Virus record (IMG/VR): IMGVR_UViG_3300024331_000152
Location: 78,795-142,794 of that record
Source of the DNA: a virus
Lineage: Duplodnaviria > Caudoviricetes
Reading direction: 5' to 3' (one strand)
Length of the DNA stretch: 64,000 nucleotides
Every line of letters begins with the position of its first letter. Position 1 is the first letter of the stretch. The notes below the pieces were generated by a model. The model had not been told where the DNA came from, did no database searches, and saw only the letters and a program-made list of their open reading frames with translations. A program made the translations under genes and the position numbers. Positions 62,872-64,000 of the stretch are shown piece after piece.

Positions 62872-62931
62872 ACAAGATTTGTCGGCATATTCGACAAAGA
62901 GCCGTCTTTTCTCCCGGAAGGACAACTAGCG

Positions 62932-62969
62932 ACGCCTCTTGCGGGGGTAACTCCGCAAGAGGCGTTTTT
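62932..62969 (+). terminator. intrinsic terminator after the capsid genes
   Basis: ACGCCTCTTGCGG-loop-CCGCAAGAGGCGT followed by a T run. Confidence 0.8.
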
Positions 62970-62971
62970 AG

Positions 62972-63505
62972 CTAAACGGAAGGGAAATTTAGTTGCGCAA
63001 ATTCTTCGAAATATCGAAGCGCCTGCTTGTCGTAGTCTTGCGCGGCTTCTTCGGCTGTCAGAAATGGAGAAGATCGTATCTTCCGCCCCATCACAGTAAT
63101 CGAGGAAATGAACTTCTTGCCGTGCCGCACTACGCCCTTATATCCAGTCGTATTGTGGGATCGCTTAGGGCAATTTGCACCGTTCTGAGAGATAGTGGCC
63201 GCGCGTATATTTCCGTCTCGGTTATCAAGACCGTTGCCATTCTGATGGTCAATATGTGGAGACGTGTAGTCGTTAAGAATAAAGCGATGCATCAGAATCC
63301 GAGTAGATTTCCCGTTAATAATCTGCCTTCGGACGGCATAAAAGGTTCGGCCTTTTCTATCGATCTCGGCGGACCAGTTCCACTGTATGAGTTTCTCGTA
63401 ATGGCGCGTACTAACCAGCGCGTCCTTGCCTTGAGAAAGAGCAATGATGCGATAGGATGGGTCAAGCGGCTGCTCGACCGCATGCCTCGGCATGTGGCGT
63501 TTCAT
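62972..63505 (-). CDS. HNH-AP2 homing endonuclease
   Basis: LMHRFI, IDHQNGNGLDNR..NIR, NTTGYKGV, EEAAQDYD..FEEFA.LNF. Confidence 0.9.
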   Translation of the reverse strand: MKRHMPRHAVEQPLDPSYRIIALSQGKDALVSTRHYEKLIQWNWSAEIDRKGRTFYAVRRQIINGKSTRILMHRFILNDYTSPHIDHQNGNGLDNRDGNIRAATISQNGANCPKRSHNTTGYKGVVRHGKKFISSITVMGRKIRSSPFLTAEEAAQDYDKQALRYFEEFAQLNFPSV

Positions 63506-63576
63506 AGTCTCTCCGCAACAGAGATTATGCAGCGGGTAGCCGCACCTTCCTATTTTACATTTGCGGGGGTGCTCTA

Positions 63577-64000
63577 ATGGCCCTCGTCAACATGACCCAA
63601 GAATTACTTGGCGTCCCCGGGACGAACTTCGGACTTGTTCGCACAAAAATAAACGAAGCGCTGCAATTAATTCAGGACGAGCGTGTATGGAGCTTTCAGC
63701 TTCAGACGGGCGGCTGGCTTGCTACCGGTCTTCTTGGGGGAACCGCAAACGGATTTCTGAGCCCGGGGGCGATCACCGTAACCCCGGGGCAGAACACGAT
63801 CACTGGCGACGCGGCGGCGACGGCGGCATGGACGGCAACAGTGCCGTATCCGCCTCTGCTGACACAGAAGCAGATCCGCGTTCCCTACTACAGCCTGTAC
63901 AACATCATCGCGCTCGGCAATAACGGCACAGTGCTATACGTGACGACTGTCAGTCCCGGATCTGGACAACCAGCGGGCATCTACACCGTTCCAGTGCTCG
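63577..64000 (+). CDS. head-tail adaptor/virion protein (3'-truncated)
   Basis: open frame from ATG 63577 (MALVNMTQELLGVP..KINEALQLIQDERVWSF) runs off the window. Confidence 0.6.
   Translation, partial: MALVNMTQELLGVPGTNFGLVRTKINEALQLIQDERVWSFQLQTGGWLATGLLGGTANGFLSPGAITVTPGQNTITGDAAATAAWTATVPYPPLLTQKQIRVPYYSLYNIIALGNNGTVLYVTTVSPGSGQPAGIYTVPVL

Noticed and set aside
1-64000. tRNA or rRNA genes, or stop-codon reassignment
   Set aside because: No cloverleaf or rRNA motifs were recognised by eye, and long genes read through normally in the standard code.

Overview
A 64-kb piece of a large tailed-phage (Caudoviricetes) genome. The host is probably an Acidobacterium, inferred from a host-like response regulator, a Fis-like HTH and a K/R-rich basic protein. 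(1) 1-14.6 kb, rightward accessory arm: an OmpA-fused ABC-transporter cassette; a J-domain/kinase-fold, vWA and PurA-like cluster; a RAMP/Cas7-like gene flanked by two phased 5-nt GGY-NN arrays; and two copies of a gene pair made of a small C-terminal-GG protein and a CxHP protein. (2) 14.8-34.5 kb, long leftward early operon: serine recombinase, ParB-like proteins, beta-clamp, PAP2, MoxR AAA/DUF3150-like/vWA-peptidase trio, HNH endonucleases. Many of these genes share a CCTTGGAGG ribosome-binding motif, and the promoters overlap a palindromic operator. (3) 34.7-51 kb, rightward run of small genes, some separated by a conserved 16-bp repeat. (4) 51-64 kb, head module: intein-containing terminase, portal, scaffold, major capsid and decoration proteins, with inserted homing endonucleases. 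The top candidate system is the RAMP protein with GGY-NN arrays (9128-10094), probably an RNA-guided module using a gapped code. Second is the duplicated GG-protein/CxHP-protein pair, a possible protein-conjugation system. I saw no tRNA, rRNA or canonical CRISPR array. All family calls come from motif recognition by eye, not database searches.
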